DNA of 64,000 bases from the human T2T-CHM13v2.0 reference genome, Homo sapiens. The DNA lies in the NCBI RefSeq assembly GCF_009914755.1, contig NC_060939.1. The stretch is one strand, 5' to 3'. Shown piece after piece: positions 45,765-60,047 of the stretch. Position numbers and translations under genes: made by a program. Positions within the stretch are counted from its first letter, which is position 1. The number at the start of each line of letters is the position of its first letter. The notes under the pieces were generated by a model, which did no database searches, was not told the origin of the DNA, and saw only the letters and a list, made by a program, of their open reading frames with translations.

Positions 45765-46200
45765 TAAGGTAAAAATCACATAATATAAAATTAATAACAG
45801 CCATTTTAAAGCATACAGTGCACTTGCTTTTAGTATATTCACAATGTTCCAGGGCAATTTCATCATGTCCCTTGCAAAAACCCATTATGCATAAAGTTGT
45901 TACACCCTATTCTTCTTCCCTGAGCCCTAATGACCACTAATCTGATTTATATCCCAATTGATTTGCCAGTTCCTGATGTTTCATGTGAATAAAATCAAGT
46001 AATATTTGTCCTTTTGTGCACTTAACATAATGCTTTCAAATTTCACCAATATTATACCATATATAGGTACTTCATTCTTTGTTATAGCTGAAAAGTGGGT
46101 GTCCATTTATGAGTCAACAAGCATATGGATTGTTTACACTTTTTGACTGTATGAATATTACTGCTGTAAATATTCATGCACGTTTATTTTTTGAGCACCT
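45765..46200 (-). mobile_element. L1MB-ME 3' end fragment
   Basis: CCATTTTAAAGCATACAGTGCA..TTTAGTATATTCACAATGTT and ATGAATATTACTGCTGTAAATATTCATG motifs. Confidence 0.65.
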
Positions 46201-46209
46201 ATGTTTTGT

Positions 46210-47679
<1,470 letters not shown>

Positions 47680-47680
<1 letters not shown>

Positions 47681-48095
47681 AATTGTTTCCTCTATATAGA
47701 TGCTGAAATTCTAACCACTGAATATGACCTCATTAGGAAATAGGTTCTTTGCAGCTGATCAAGTTAAGATACAATCAGATGAGCCTGAATTCAATATGAC
47801 TGATGTCCTTATTAAAAGAAGAAATTTGAGTAGAGGGAGACATACACACAGGGAGAGTACCATGTGATTATGAGGGCAGAGATTAGCCAAGGAATGCCAA
47901 AGACTGCCACTAAACCACCAGAAGCGAGAAACAAGGCAGAGAACAGGCTTTCTCTCATAGCCCTTGAAGGGACCATCCCTGCTGACACCTCAATCTCAGA
48001 CTTTTAGCTTCCAGGACTATAAGACTATAAATGTATGTAGTTCAAGGCACCCAGTTTGTGTTACTTGGTTATGGCAGCCCTAGAAAACTAATACA
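47680..48095 (+). mobile_element. MLT1B/C MaLR LTR
   Basis: GCCAAGGAATGCCAAAGA..CCACCAGAAG..CTGCTGACACCT..TATGGCAGCCCTAGAAAACTAATACA. Confidence 0.85.
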
Positions 48096-48139
48096 TGAAC
48101 TAATGACAAAGCATAATAACATGAAGCAAAAATTCACAA

Positions 48140-49680
48140 AAGAGGAGCATCAGCAAAATGGCAGTGGAGACAGCTGCAATCTTTCATTTCCCCACAGAAA
48201 CATCACACATCTAAGAGAAACTGTCCGAAAAAAGTTTGCCAAAACTCTGGAAAATGGTCAAAAGATTACAACAACCAAGTGAAAGCAGACTCAAGAAAAA
48301 GACAACTTGAAAACTTTATGACATTTTTAACCTGCCTTTGCCCCAGCAAATTGGCAGTTTTGAAGTGTCAGAGGCCCACGTTCCCAGTGAGGAAGCCTCG
48401 TCCATGGTCCAAAGGAACAGGAGAAGATCTTACCCGCAAATTATTCTGTGTCTGTTCTGACTAGTCTGGGGAATACCTAAAGGACTCATGAAAGGCTTCT
48501 TTTTTCTGTGTTGCTAGAATACAGAACAGATAAGGAATGGACATTATTAAGGAACTCTGCAAGGAGACCTAACAAACCACAGATGCTTAGGGCAAAAATT
48601 AAAGTTTACACATATAGTAGATCACCCTCAGCACAGCAAGAAAAGTTGGAGAAGAGTATTTCAAAAAGTAAGACATACAAAATCATTCACGTACGTGGGA
48701 CGGTCTAGAAAGTCACATGTATTCATAGGTTAAGCCACATGCTGACAAATGTCATAAGAAGACCCTACACTTTTACCTTGGCTGATCCCTTCCCTCAGTG
48801 CAAGCTCTGTGCAAGAGTCAACTTGAACTTCACTCAGTGCAAGAGTGAACACACACTTTGTCCCGGCTTTAAAGAACCCAGCACAAAGCCAGTCTGCATG
48901 GCCTAGAGACATATTTTGCTGGACAATGATTACTTTTTTTTCTTTTTGTTTTTCTTGTATTTGCCTGTTTGATTGGTTCCTGACATACAAGAAAATCACT
49001 GTCAAAATATTAGCTTAACATTTGTTAAGGAAACAAAAAGACTTCGGTGACCACACCTTATAAAGCAAACAGTTTTGTAAATCACTTTGGAAAATTTCAC
49101 TCAAAAAAAAAAAAATCCTTAACAATATAATAAATAAAGAAAATTTAAAACCACAAAACATTACTGTGTTTGTAGGGGGGGTCTGATTTACCAAGTAACC
49201 ACATAGTAATTATAATTATTAGAATGTCCAGTTTTCAAAAAACGTTACAAGGCATACAAAGAATGGGAAAGTGTGGCTCATTCAAAGGAACAAAACAAAT
49301 TGACAGAAAATATCCCTAAGGAAACCCAGACATCAAACTTACTAGACAAAGACTTTAAAACAACTCTCTTCATTATACTTAAATGTCAAAAGGAAAACAT
49401 AAACAAAGAAATAAAGGAATCAGAAAAAATATTAAAAAGTAGGAATATCAGCAAAGAGATAACAGAAATTCTGGAGTGGAAAACTACAATGATAAAAATT
49501 TAAAAATCACCAGAGGGATTTAAGAGTATATTTGCACACACAGAAGAAGCCATGAACTTGAAGAGAAGAAAATGGAAAATACTGACTCTGAGAAACAGAA
49601 AGAATAAAAAATAAACAAGGAGCAGAGACTAATGAATCTGTGGGACATCATCAAATAGACCAAAATTCATATTCTAGAAG
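48140..49680 (+). mobile_element. Old L1M 5' region and ORF1 fragment, continuous across position 48871
   Basis: Starts with a CAAAATGGCAG-type 5' end and continues into the ORF1 remnant MAHSKEQNKLTENIPKETQTSNLLDKDFKTT. Confidence 0.6.
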
Positions 49681-52600
49681 GATAAATTATGTTGTTAAAA
49701 AGTTTACCATTCTTTCTTTTCACCTTTCTTCCTTCCTCCTTCCCCCTCCTCCTCTTTTACTTTTCTTCCTCTTCCTTTCTCTTCTTTCTCTCCTTCATTA
49801 TCCCTTCCACTGTTTCTCTTTCTCTCTTTCTCTTTTTTCTTTTCTTTCAATTTTCTCAATTACTAAGAGATGTTTAAGTACCCTTACCATATTAGTAGAT
49901 ACGGTTATTTCTCACTTTAGTTCTATTTTGAGATTTATAGTCACTCTAAGTAAAGAGATAACCCAAACATAAGCGTCACAAACAGGCTTTCATACCATTC
50001 TTAATTTGGTCCTGTCATTCTTCATTGCTGTATTAACTTTCTGATGCTTTTAAGGATGTTTTTATAACAAATTGTTTAGTTTTTTCCAATGGAATGTTTA
50101 TTCTGAATTATCTAATTCATATTGTAAGTATAGAGGGAGTTTAATATAAAATTATTAAACTAATATTTGTGAAAGAATGTATTTGTGCATTTAACAAATA
50201 TGTTAATCCTCAGACTGTTATTGGGCAGCTGCGCATACAGGAATAAAAATAACATAATTTTTATGTGTACAATATTTATGGAATACGTTACTGGACCAAA
50301 TAAATAATTTAGTTAATAACATGACAAAGAACAGAAATTGTATACACTATAGAGCATAGTAATGGAATAATGAATGATTAAAGTTATTAATATTAGGTAG
50401 ATAATGAAGGGTATCTTTGAGAGCAGAACTCAAGGAAGCAAGCAATTCGCCTTATGAGGAAAGAGTTACCTGTGGATAAAGGAGAAACTGAAAAATTTAC
50501 AAGTCAAGACTTTTTGAGCAAAAACAAAAATATGACTATTAGTCACCAATTCAGTACAGTGAAAAAAAAGTTGAAGAGATATCTTGGAAGTAAACCATGT
50601 TGTGGAAGAGCATGTAGGGTTTTGATAATCATGGGATGATTCTGAAGTAATTTTAAATGCGATAGGAATATATGAGATAATTTCACCAGAGAATAACATG
50701 ATAGTGTTTCCATTTCAAAGGGGTGTATCTGGTGCACTGTGTAGAATAAATAGGTTATGTGAGCAAATAAATGGGGACGCTACTCTAATCCAGAGAAAAA
50801 AGGTAGTGACTTAGGTGAGAATGCTGTCAGGATGAGTGGTAGTAGTGGTGAGAAGTCATTAGGCCATGGATGTATTTCATAGGACTGGACAAGAGAACTG
50901 CAGCTAAATTGGAGTGTAGGGAGTGAAATGGAGAACTCAAAGATGACTCTCAGCACTGGAAGGTGACAGCTGTCACTGAAGCATGCTGATGCCTCTTATT
51001 AAGAGAGTTAGTTGGGAATGGCAAGATCAAAACTTCTCACTTTCAAATTTATGAAAAATATTGTTTTCAGAACGAATGACTTTGGGATCAGAAAGCCACC
51101 ATTCTAATTGATGGTTCCACAACTACACGGGCTCACACGCCCAAGAGCAAAAGTAAATCATCACAAAGGTGCTTCTTGATAATTCTAGAGAATGGAGAAT
51201 TACTGTAACATCTTTCTGATTTTAGGAGAGGCAGCAGTTCCCTTTTTAGCCTAAACACTATTTTTTTAAAAGCTCAGCCAAGAGACTCCATTATAATTTT
51301 CAAATGTGTGTAACTTAAATTCTCATAAGAAATACCACTATGCTTAAATTAGTCAAAACATTTTCCCCATCTACAACTCTATCTTGTCATTGCAATCATT
51401 TTCACAAAAGTGACTGCAGCTCACAGACCCTAAAAGGAGAAAATCCAGGGTAGGTTATCTGATCTAGTTAGTTTCGAAGACAGGATCTAGAGATTATTTA
51501 ATATGAAATAGGTCACCTGAAATGAAGTGTTTACTGAAAACAGCTTGGATCAGCCCAGTTTTCTACCACTGAACCATGCATTTGGTTTAAAAAACACAAC
51601 AACTCTGGGGAATATCGGCTGCTTCCAACTGTGTTGAAGGTGTTAAAGAAAAGAACATAAAATTAAAAATGATCATCTGAGGCCTTTATATTCTCTGCTC
51701 AAGAGACTAGAGTCTTCCATTTTTAACGAAACACCCAAATATCTTAATAATTGGGCAAAATCTAAATATCAGAGATAATTTTATCTTGAAGATTGTTACA
51801 TTATAATGGTGATTCACTACCTCGCCACGTCTCTGAGTCAAAAATTAGGTCTTTGTTTAGGAATCAGTGGTACTCTGCAACTTGGAAATGGGAAGATTTT
51901 AGAAGACTCAAACTTTGACTTTCTTGTGTGCAAAAAAAAAGACGTATTGACATACGACAAGTCTTTCCTTGCAAGGATACCTCTAATGCTCATACACCAC
52001 CTCCCCTAACATTAATACAGCTTCCAGGTCACTAACCAGTGTCAGAGAGCAGCCCATGCAACTAGAAATTCAAAAGATGTCGAACATAGGGTCAAGCCTA
52101 GAATAATAAGTCTTAGCTAATTAAGTATGCTTTTTTCCCAAAATTCATATTAACAAAAACTTGGATATGTCAGAGAATGCATTCTAAGTTCACTCAACCT
52201 AGCAGGGAGAAACATAATTTTAAATTAAGAGCTGAAGCATTCTTGTCCTAACAGAAAGCAAGGAAAACGAAATATCACACCACAGGAGGATTTCACAAAT
52301 TAGTGTCAACATCAAAACCTTAAAATACGCAAGGAGAATGCAGATTCACAATGAACTCTTGTACTTGTTTTGTTCAGAGAAGAGAGGGTTCTGAGAGAAT
52401 GACAGTGAACTAACCCCAGCTGGTTTAGTTGGTGCTTTCAACTGCTGCTTCTGATCAACTCCTTTAGCTAGAATAAATTGATGAGGATTTTGGCATGTGG
52501 TATTAGAGATGGTTATTAATTTTTTCCTCTTATTTGCATTGTTCAATGTAGTAAATACTAGCTGTATATGGCTACTTCAATTCAAATTAATTACAATGAA

Positions 52601-53371
52601 ATATACTTCAATATTGAATTTTTTAGTCACTCTTGGTTCATTATTGAATATCTTCAGCTAAGATTTCCCATCTAAATACACTAAGATGTGGCTTAGTTAA
52701 CTGGTCGTCCACAAATATTGAAGCTGTTGTTAACTCCTGATATATTCTCTGCAAAGAGAATATTCATGAGCCTCCTCCTGAAATCAGCAGCCTAGAGATA
52801 GTTTTATAAATTGGATACAAGTTGGAAATCTATATACTCTTTAAGTTTTTGAAATATTAGCTTCCCAGGGAAGAAAATCAAATTCATAAGATATGTTAGG
52901 ACAATTTAACTCCAGATGTTCAAAACTGAAATGACATATTCTACAATATGTGATAAAACCACCCCCTAACAACTTAAAGCAAAACAGGGATTGACCTTAA
53001 AGACCTGCCTTTTCCTCATCCCCCAGCCAATCAGTTTTCAAATCTTGCATTTTATTTTGAAAGGTCCTTAACCCCCTGGTCTCTTGTTTCTAGACTTGAC
53101 ACATATTGAAGTTTGTTACGTCTCTCTACTGACTTTTCTTTCTTCAAACAGTATCTATGCCTGCCAAATGTGAACATACAAAAAACAAATCAGAATGTGC
53201 CATTCTGATTTAAACTGCTTATTAGTTAATACCCTCAAGATAACATCTGGGTTCTTAGCTGCAATGAGTCAAGCCTACTTACATCTTTTTTTTGTCTTTG
53301 GCTGCACATTTCCCATCACATCACACTCCAGCAATGCCAAGCTGTGCCAGCCTTCTATCCCATCTCCACTA
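48871..53371 (+). repeat. Segmental duplication block, copy B (direct repeat of 4270-8761)
   Basis: Colinear match to copy A. Confidence 0.98.
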
Positions 53372-54666
53372 TTTTGTCCTCCGCCGCCGCGGCTTTCTAC
53401 CCGCCGCGGCATTTTGCCCCCACCCCGCCTCGGCTTTTTGCCCGCCACGGCTTTTTGACCCCTCGCCGCTGCGAATTTTGCCGCCGCAGCTTTTTGCCCC
53501 CCGCCCCCCCCGCCGTGGCTTTTTCCCCCCTGCCGCGGCTTCTTACCCGCCACGGCTTTTTGCCCCCCGCCGCCGCGACTTTTTACCCGCCGCCACCAGT
53601 GGCTTTTTGCCCCACCGCCGCCGCGACTTTTTGCCCGCTCAGGCTTTTGCCCCCCCGCCGCGGCTTTTTGCCCCCCGCCGCCGCTTTCCCCGCCGTGGCT
53701 TTTTACACCCTGCCCCCGCAGCTTTTTGCCCCCACCCCGCCTTGGCTTTTTCCCCGCCACGGTTTTTTGGCCCGCCGCCGCCGCCGCCGCGACTTTTTAT
53801 CCCCAGCCGCCGCGGCTTTTTGCCCCCACCCCGCCGCGGCTTTCTGCCCAGCCCCCGTCGCCGCGGCTTTTTGCCTCCCGCCGTCGCGACTTTTTACCAG
53901 CCGCGGCTTTTTGACCCCGCCGCCCTGGCTTGCCGGCCGCGGCTTTTTGCCCGCTCCGGCTTTTTGCCCCCCGCCGCCGTGGCTTTTTGCCGCCCCGGCT
54001 TTTTGCCCGCCGCGGCTTTGCAGTCGCGGATTTTGGCCCGCTCTGGGTTTTTGCCACCCCGCCGCCGCGGCTTTTTACCCCCACCCCGACTCAGCTTTTT
54101 ACCCCCGCGGCTTTTTGCTCCCCCGCCGCCGCGGCTTTTTGCCCGCCTCGTCTTTTTGCCTCCCCGCCGCCGCGGCTTTTTGCCCCCTCCGCCACCGCCG
54201 CTTTATCCCCGCCGTGGCTTTTTGCCTCCCATCGCCCCGGATTTTTGCCCGCCCCGGCTTTTTGTCCCCCCGCCACCGCGGGTTGTTCCCCGCCCCGGCT
54301 TTTTGCCCCCCCTGCCGCCGCGGGTTTTTGCCCGTCGCAGCTTTTTGACCCCCTGCCACTGCGGCTTTTTGCCCCCCCGCCGCGGCTTTTTGCCCCCGCC
54401 GCTAAGGCTTTTTGGCGTCGCGTCTTTTTCCCCCCGCCGCCGCGGCTTTTTGTGGTTTTTTGCCCCAGCTCCCGCTGATTTTGCCCCCACCACCGCGGCT
54501 TTTTGCGGCTGTTTGCGCCCGCCACGGTGGCTTTTTGCCGCCGCGGCTTTTTGGCTCCGCCGCCGCGGCTTTTTGCAGGTTTTTGCCCCCGCCGTTGCGG
54601 CTGTTTTCCCCCCGTCAGCGAGGCTTTTTGTTGCCGCGGCTTTTTGCCCAGGCGTTTGCTGCCTCC
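53372..54666. repeat. GC-rich tandem array, copy B (~1.3 kb)
   Basis: Same unit as 8762-9085, about four times longer, and CpG dense. Confidence 0.95.
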
Positions 54667-55239
54667 TTATTTAATCAGAGCCTTAATTTGAACGTCAGGT
54701 CATCAAATCTGGAAGGTGATAACACCAAAAGAGAACACTGGAGCTGAGGGAGGGAACAACTGGGGAAAACAAGAGGACTCTACCCAGGAAAAGAGCAAGA
54801 ACACGCAGACCAACATCTCATCTGGAGGAAGTTCAGAAACACTGGAAAGCTCACACCCAGACTCAGAATCACAATATGGACCCAGGAAAAGTCGCAAAAT
54901 CTCCCTTTATTCTATTGCCTTCAACCAATTTCACTATTGTCAGTTAAATATAACATTTTAACCCACCTGAAGGAGCTGAAAGAGATTCTCTGGAGGAGGG
55001 AACAGGTGATGAGACAAAGCCAAGCAGGAAAGAAAAACAAGGTATCACTGGAGGATCTGAAGTCTCTGGTGGACACAGAACAGACTTCAACTCTGATGTC
55101 CACTGCAAAAGTAAATGTCAAATGTAGCTGTGAGAAGATTCACGGACATTTCCACAATAATTGCCTGGCGAAGATAAAGTGTGGTCAAATACAGGCAGAA
55201 AATGGATAAAATGAAATAAGCCAGTATTAACTGTCAAAC

Positions 55240-55810
55240 CCAACATGTCTGGTTATCAACAACGATTATTATATATATTAATGAGAAATGCCAAAGTCAC
55301 AATAAAGAAATAATCAGAAAGGGATTTATAAAAGATACAGGTATTATAACTAATTAAATAAGATATATAATGTAACTATAATTCATATGTAAAAATCTCT
55401 TGAAGAAACTGGACATAAGGCAGGACTAGATAGGGAACTGAGAGATGAAAATACTAAGAAGTAATCAAATGGAAATGCATGAGAAATCAAAAGCAATGCA
55501 GTATAAACATTGAGCAATCTTTGGGCACACCCCTCATTAGAGCTGGCTCAGCTTTTAAATGAAACCATGCACTTAAAATGTCACTAGAAATTTAACAAGT
55601 AAATTGCAAAGGAAAAGAGTGAAGAAACTAAACAATATCAAAAGTGTAGTAAATGTATACTTTAATTCTGAAAAGTAGAAATTATAGATACAGAGAAAGT
55701 ATTTGAAAAAATAATGGTTAAGAATGTTCCCAATTTTGTGAAACACACTGAACTACAGATCCCAGAATCACAGAGAACCTCAAGCAGAGTAAACACAGAC
55801 ACAGACACAC
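55240..55810 (+). mobile_element. Old L1M ORF1 fragment
   Basis: The frame reads VFEKIMVKNVPNFVKHTELQIPESQRTSSRVN, resembling L1 ORF1 EIIQENFPNL..IQIQEIQRTP. Confidence 0.6.
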
Positions 55811-56139
55811 ACTGCACATCCAACATGGACAGCGTGGTTAAAGAAAAAGCGCTCACATCACACACCACACACATTTCATCAACCTTATTCCTTTTGCTTA
55901 GTTGTTTTAAATTTATTGGCATTTATAGTATTAAGTAGAAGTCTGTAATTAAAATATATTATTCTATGCATAAGTCTGTCTATGCTTACCATGATCAAAT
56001 ACACAGCTTGGTGCAAATGAGTGTAACTATGTTGTTAGGAATTTCACTATTTCAAATAAAAATGGTGTTTTTTCCAGGCTCTGTGTTGAATCACTTGTAA
56101 TGTATGGCAATACAATCCTTTTTAATTAAAGGATTTTTT

Positions 56140-57250
56140 AGGTAGGCAGATAATGATTGTTTGTGTTTATGGGGTACAGTGTGATATTTCAATACATCTC
56201 TGCCATGTGGTTTGACCAAATCAGAACAATGAGAAAATTCATCAGCTCAGACATTAACATTTATTTGTGTTGGTAGCATACAAAATGTTCTCTTTTGGCT
56301 ACTTGTAAACGTACAATATATTGTTAGCTGTAGTCACCGTACTGCGCTGTAGAACACTAGAGCATATCCCTCCTGTCTACCTGTAATTGTGCATTTGTTA
56401 ACAAGCCTCTTCTTGTCTCTCAGTCTCCTCCCATTTGGAGCATCTCATAACCACTACTCTACTATTTACTTCTAGAAAATCAACTTTCTTAAACTTCCAC
56501 ATTAAATTGAGAAAATGTGGTATTTATTTTTCTATGTCTGTCTGCTTTCATTCAACATAAGGGTGTCCAGTTCCAACCATGTTGCTTCAAATGGCAGAAT
56601 TTCATTTTTAAGGCTGAATAATATTTCATTGTGTAAATTTACCTCATTTTATTTATCCGTTCATCTGTTCATGGACACATATGTTGATTTCATAGCTTAG
56701 CTATTGCAATTAGTGCTGCAGTAAACATGGGTGTACAGGTATCTCTTCAATTTTAGTTTTTTCTTTTAATTATTTAAATAGATAAATACTCAGCAGTTGG
56801 ATTGCTGAATTATATGGCAGTTCTATTTTTTTCCCATGATGGCTATACTAATTTACATTTCCACCAGTGGTCAATAAGAGTGTCCCCTTCTATGCAGCCT
56901 TGCTAGCTTTTGTTTTCCTTATTTTGGCTTTCTGTTAACAGACTTTCCAGCAAAGATGAAGGATGAAAAGATATCTCATTGTGAATTTGCATGTTCCTGA
57001 ATATTAGAGCTGTCTAGCAACATATGTGTGCATATATACTTATCATCTATCTATTGATCCTTTCCACGTCTTCTTTTGACAGATGTTCATTCATGTTATT
57101 TGCCCATTATTATTCACATTATTAATTGCAGTTCAGTTAATTTTATATGCTTTATAGTAATCCCTTGTCAAATGAACAGTTTTCAGATATTGTCTATCAT
57201 CTGCAGGTTCTCTCCTCACTCAACTGTTTCCTTTACTGGGCAGGAGCTAA
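56140..57250 (-). mobile_element. L1MA 3' region
   Basis: TTTATGGGGTACAGTGTGATATTTCAATACAT and TAGTGCTGCAGTAAACATGGG motifs. Confidence 0.8.
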
Positions 57251-57255
57251 AATTC

Positions 57256-57995
57256 CTTGATAGAACCTGGACAGGTGGGCTGTGGAGCTGTGGGACATTG
57301 GAGAAGAGATGGTCTCCACTTGCTGTAAGCTCACACTCTGTTCTTCGCTTGCTCTCTGAACCATTTTATGAGGGTAGTGATGAGCCCTCACTAAATTTAA
57401 TTTAATTTTCAGTAAATGGAAATTAAATGGAAATTGTATATCTTCTCAGCATGAATCCCATGGGCAGTCATGAATTATTCTTCTGGTTATAGTAATTGAT
57501 TTTTCTTGGCATGTTCATTACTAGTAATATTCAAAGTCATTTCATTTAAATCTTTGATGCTTAATTTTTTTGTTTTTACTATGACATTCTTTCTTCTATT
57601 GAATCTTCCCTTTAGCATTATAACATGATCTAGTATCCAGGCTCAGCTGTCATTAATAATAACCACATATGTCAAAAGCTATGTCTTCTTTCCACAGCAG
57701 ACATGATTTTCTCTTTTCTGGGGATGAACACACACTGCTGAGCTACCCCCACTCACAAGAACATATGCACAGTTATGATATTTTCATTTATTTGACTAAT
57801 AAGTTATATTATTCTCCCTTCAAGTTCTTCACCCCTCAGAAGTCCTGGACAAACTCTTCTGCATCTGGTCAAACTATAAACTCAGAAACCAAACCACATG
57901 GTGAGTAAAAGCTCACTTGGTTCTGGATATTGGGTCCAGCTCTTCCCCACTTATGTCCCACAGCACCTCAGCCCACCTGTCCAGGTTCTATCAAG
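57256..57995. repeat. Inverted repeat pair: 57256-57298 and 57953-57995
   Basis: CTTGATAGAACCTGGACAGGTGGGCTG (27 nt perfect, 41/43 overall by hand count) matches the reverse complement of the right arm. Confidence 0.92.
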
Positions 57996-58460
57996 AAACC
58001 AAAACTCAGGGGCGGTTCCAAAATGGCCAAATAGGAACAACTCCAGTCTACAGCTCACAGTGTGAGCGACACAGAAGATGAATGATTTCTGCATTTCCAA
58101 CTGAGGTACTGGGTTCATCTCACCGGGGACTTTCGGACAGTGGGTGCAGGACAGTGGGTGCAGCGCACCGAGCATGAGCCGAAGCAGGGCGAGGAATTGC
58201 CTCACCCGGGAAGTGCAAGGGGTCAGGGAATTCCCTTTCCTAGCCAAGGAAAGGGGTGACAGACAGCACCCGGAAAATCGGGTCACTCCCACACTAATAC
58301 TGTGCTTTTCTGACGATCTTAGCAAATAGCACACCAGGAGATTATATCCTGTGCATATCTTGGAGGGTCCTACGCCCACAGAGCCTCACTCATTGCTAGC
58401 ACAGCAGTCTGAGATCAAACTGCAAGGCAACAGCGAGGCTGGGGAAGGGGGGCCCACCAT
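57951..58460 (-). pseudogene. L1 antisense ORF0 homologue with one premature stop
   Basis: The ATG at 58460 gives MVGPPSPASLLPCSLISDCCASNE*GSVGVGPSKICTGYNLLV.., compared with L1HS ORF0 (recalled) MAGAPPPASLPPCSLISDCCASNQRDSVGVGPSEPG. TGA lies at 58388-58386. Confidence 0.8.
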
Positions 58461-59035
58461 TGCCAAGGCTTCAGTAAATAAACAAAGCGGCCAGGAAGCT
58501 CGAACTGGGTGGAGCCCACCGCAGCTCAAGGAGGCCTGCCTGCCTCTGTAGACTCCACCTCTGGGGGCAGGGCATAGCCAAATAAAAGGCAGCAGAAACC
58601 TCTGCAGACTTAAATGTCCCTGTTTGACAGCTTTGAAGACAGTAGTGGTTCTCCCAGCATGCAGCCTGAGATCTGAGAATGGACAGACTGCCTCCTCAAG
58701 TGGGTCCCTGACCCCCAGGTAGCCTAACTGGGAGGCACTCCCCAGTAGGGGTAGACTGACATCTCACATGGCTGGGTACTCCTCTGAGACAAAACCTCCA
58801 GAGGAAGGATCAGGCAGCAACATTTGCTGTTCACCAGTATTCACTGTTCTGCAGCCTCCACTGCTGATACCCAGGCAAACAGGGTCTGGAGTGGACCTCA
58901 GGCAAACTCCAACAGACCTGCAACTGAAGGTCCTGACTGTTAGAAGGAAAACTAACAAACAGAAAGGACATCCACACCAAAACCCCATCTGTACGTCACC
59001 ATCATCAAAGACCAAAGGTAGATAAAACCACAAAG
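58008..59035 (+). promoter_or_regulatory. L1 5'UTR internal sense and antisense promoter
   Basis: Position and sequence match the L1PA 5'UTR. The YY1-type motif reads CAAAATGGCC (consensus CAAGATGGCC). Activity cannot be assessed from sequence. Confidence 0.7.
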
Positions 59036-60047
59036 ATGGGGAAAAAACAGAGCAGAAAAACTGAAAATTCTAAAAATCAGAGTGCCTCTCCTTCTCCAAA
59101 GGAATGCAGCTCCTCACCAGCAATGGAACAAAGCTGGATGGAGAATGACTTTGATGAGTTGAGAGAAGAAGGCTTCAGACTATCAAACTTCTCCAAGCTA
59201 AAGGAGGAAGCTCAAACCCATGGCAAACAAGTTAAAAACCTTGAAAAAAGATTAGACGAATAACTAACTAGAATAACCAATGCAGAGAAGTCCTTAAAGG
59301 ATCTGAAGGAGCTGAAAACCATGGCACAAGAACTACGTGATGAATGCACAAGCTTCAGTAGCCGATTCGATCAACTGGAAGAAAGGTTATCCGTGATGAA
59401 AGATCAAATGAATGAAATGAAGTGAGAAAAGAAGTTTAGAGAAAAAGGAATAAAAAGAACAAATCCTCCAAGAAATATGGGACTATGTGAAAAGACCAAA
59501 TCTACGTCTGATTGGTGTACCTGAAAGTGACAGGGAGAATGGAACCAAGTTGCAAAACACTCTGCAGGATATTATCCAGGAGAACTTCCCCAATCTAGAA
59601 AGGCAGGCCAACATTCCAATTCAGGAAATACAGAGAATGTCACAAAGATAATCCTCGAGAACAGCAACTCCAAGACACATAATTGTCAGATTCCCCAAAG
59701 TTGAAATGAAGGAAAAAATGTTAAGGGAAGCCAGAGAGAAAGGTTGGGTTACCCACAAAGGGAAGCCCATCGGACTAACAGTGGATCTCTCATCAGAAAC
59801 TCTACAAGCCAGAAGAGAGTGGGGGCCAATATTCAACATTCTTAAAGAAAAGAATTTTCAACCCAGAATTTCATATCCAGCCAAACTAAGCTTCCTAAGT
59901 GAGGGAGAAATACAATCCTTTACAGATAAGCAAATGATGAGAGATTTTGTCACCACCAGGCCTGCCCTGAAAGAGCTCCTGAAGGAAGCACTAAACATGG
60001 AAAGGAACAATCGGTAACAGCCACTGCAAAAACATGCCAAATTGTAA
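59036..60047 (+). pseudogene. L1 ORF1 remnant
   Basis: MGKKQSRKTENSKNQS start, with C-terminal REWGPIFNILKEKNFQPRISYPAKLS. Stops at 59261-59263 and 60015-60017, plus a frameshift. Confidence 0.95.

Noticed and set aside
53275-54747. 460-aa and overlapping long ORFs (also 8682-9244) as protein-coding genes
   Set aside because: They arise because the repeat unit lacks stop codons. Several frames on both strands are open and the peptides are low-complexity.
57852-57890. Immunoglobulin recombination signal (TCAGAAACC nonamer-like at 57882-57890)
   Set aside because: There is no CACAGTG heptamer at 12- or 23-bp spacing and no V-exon frame upstream.
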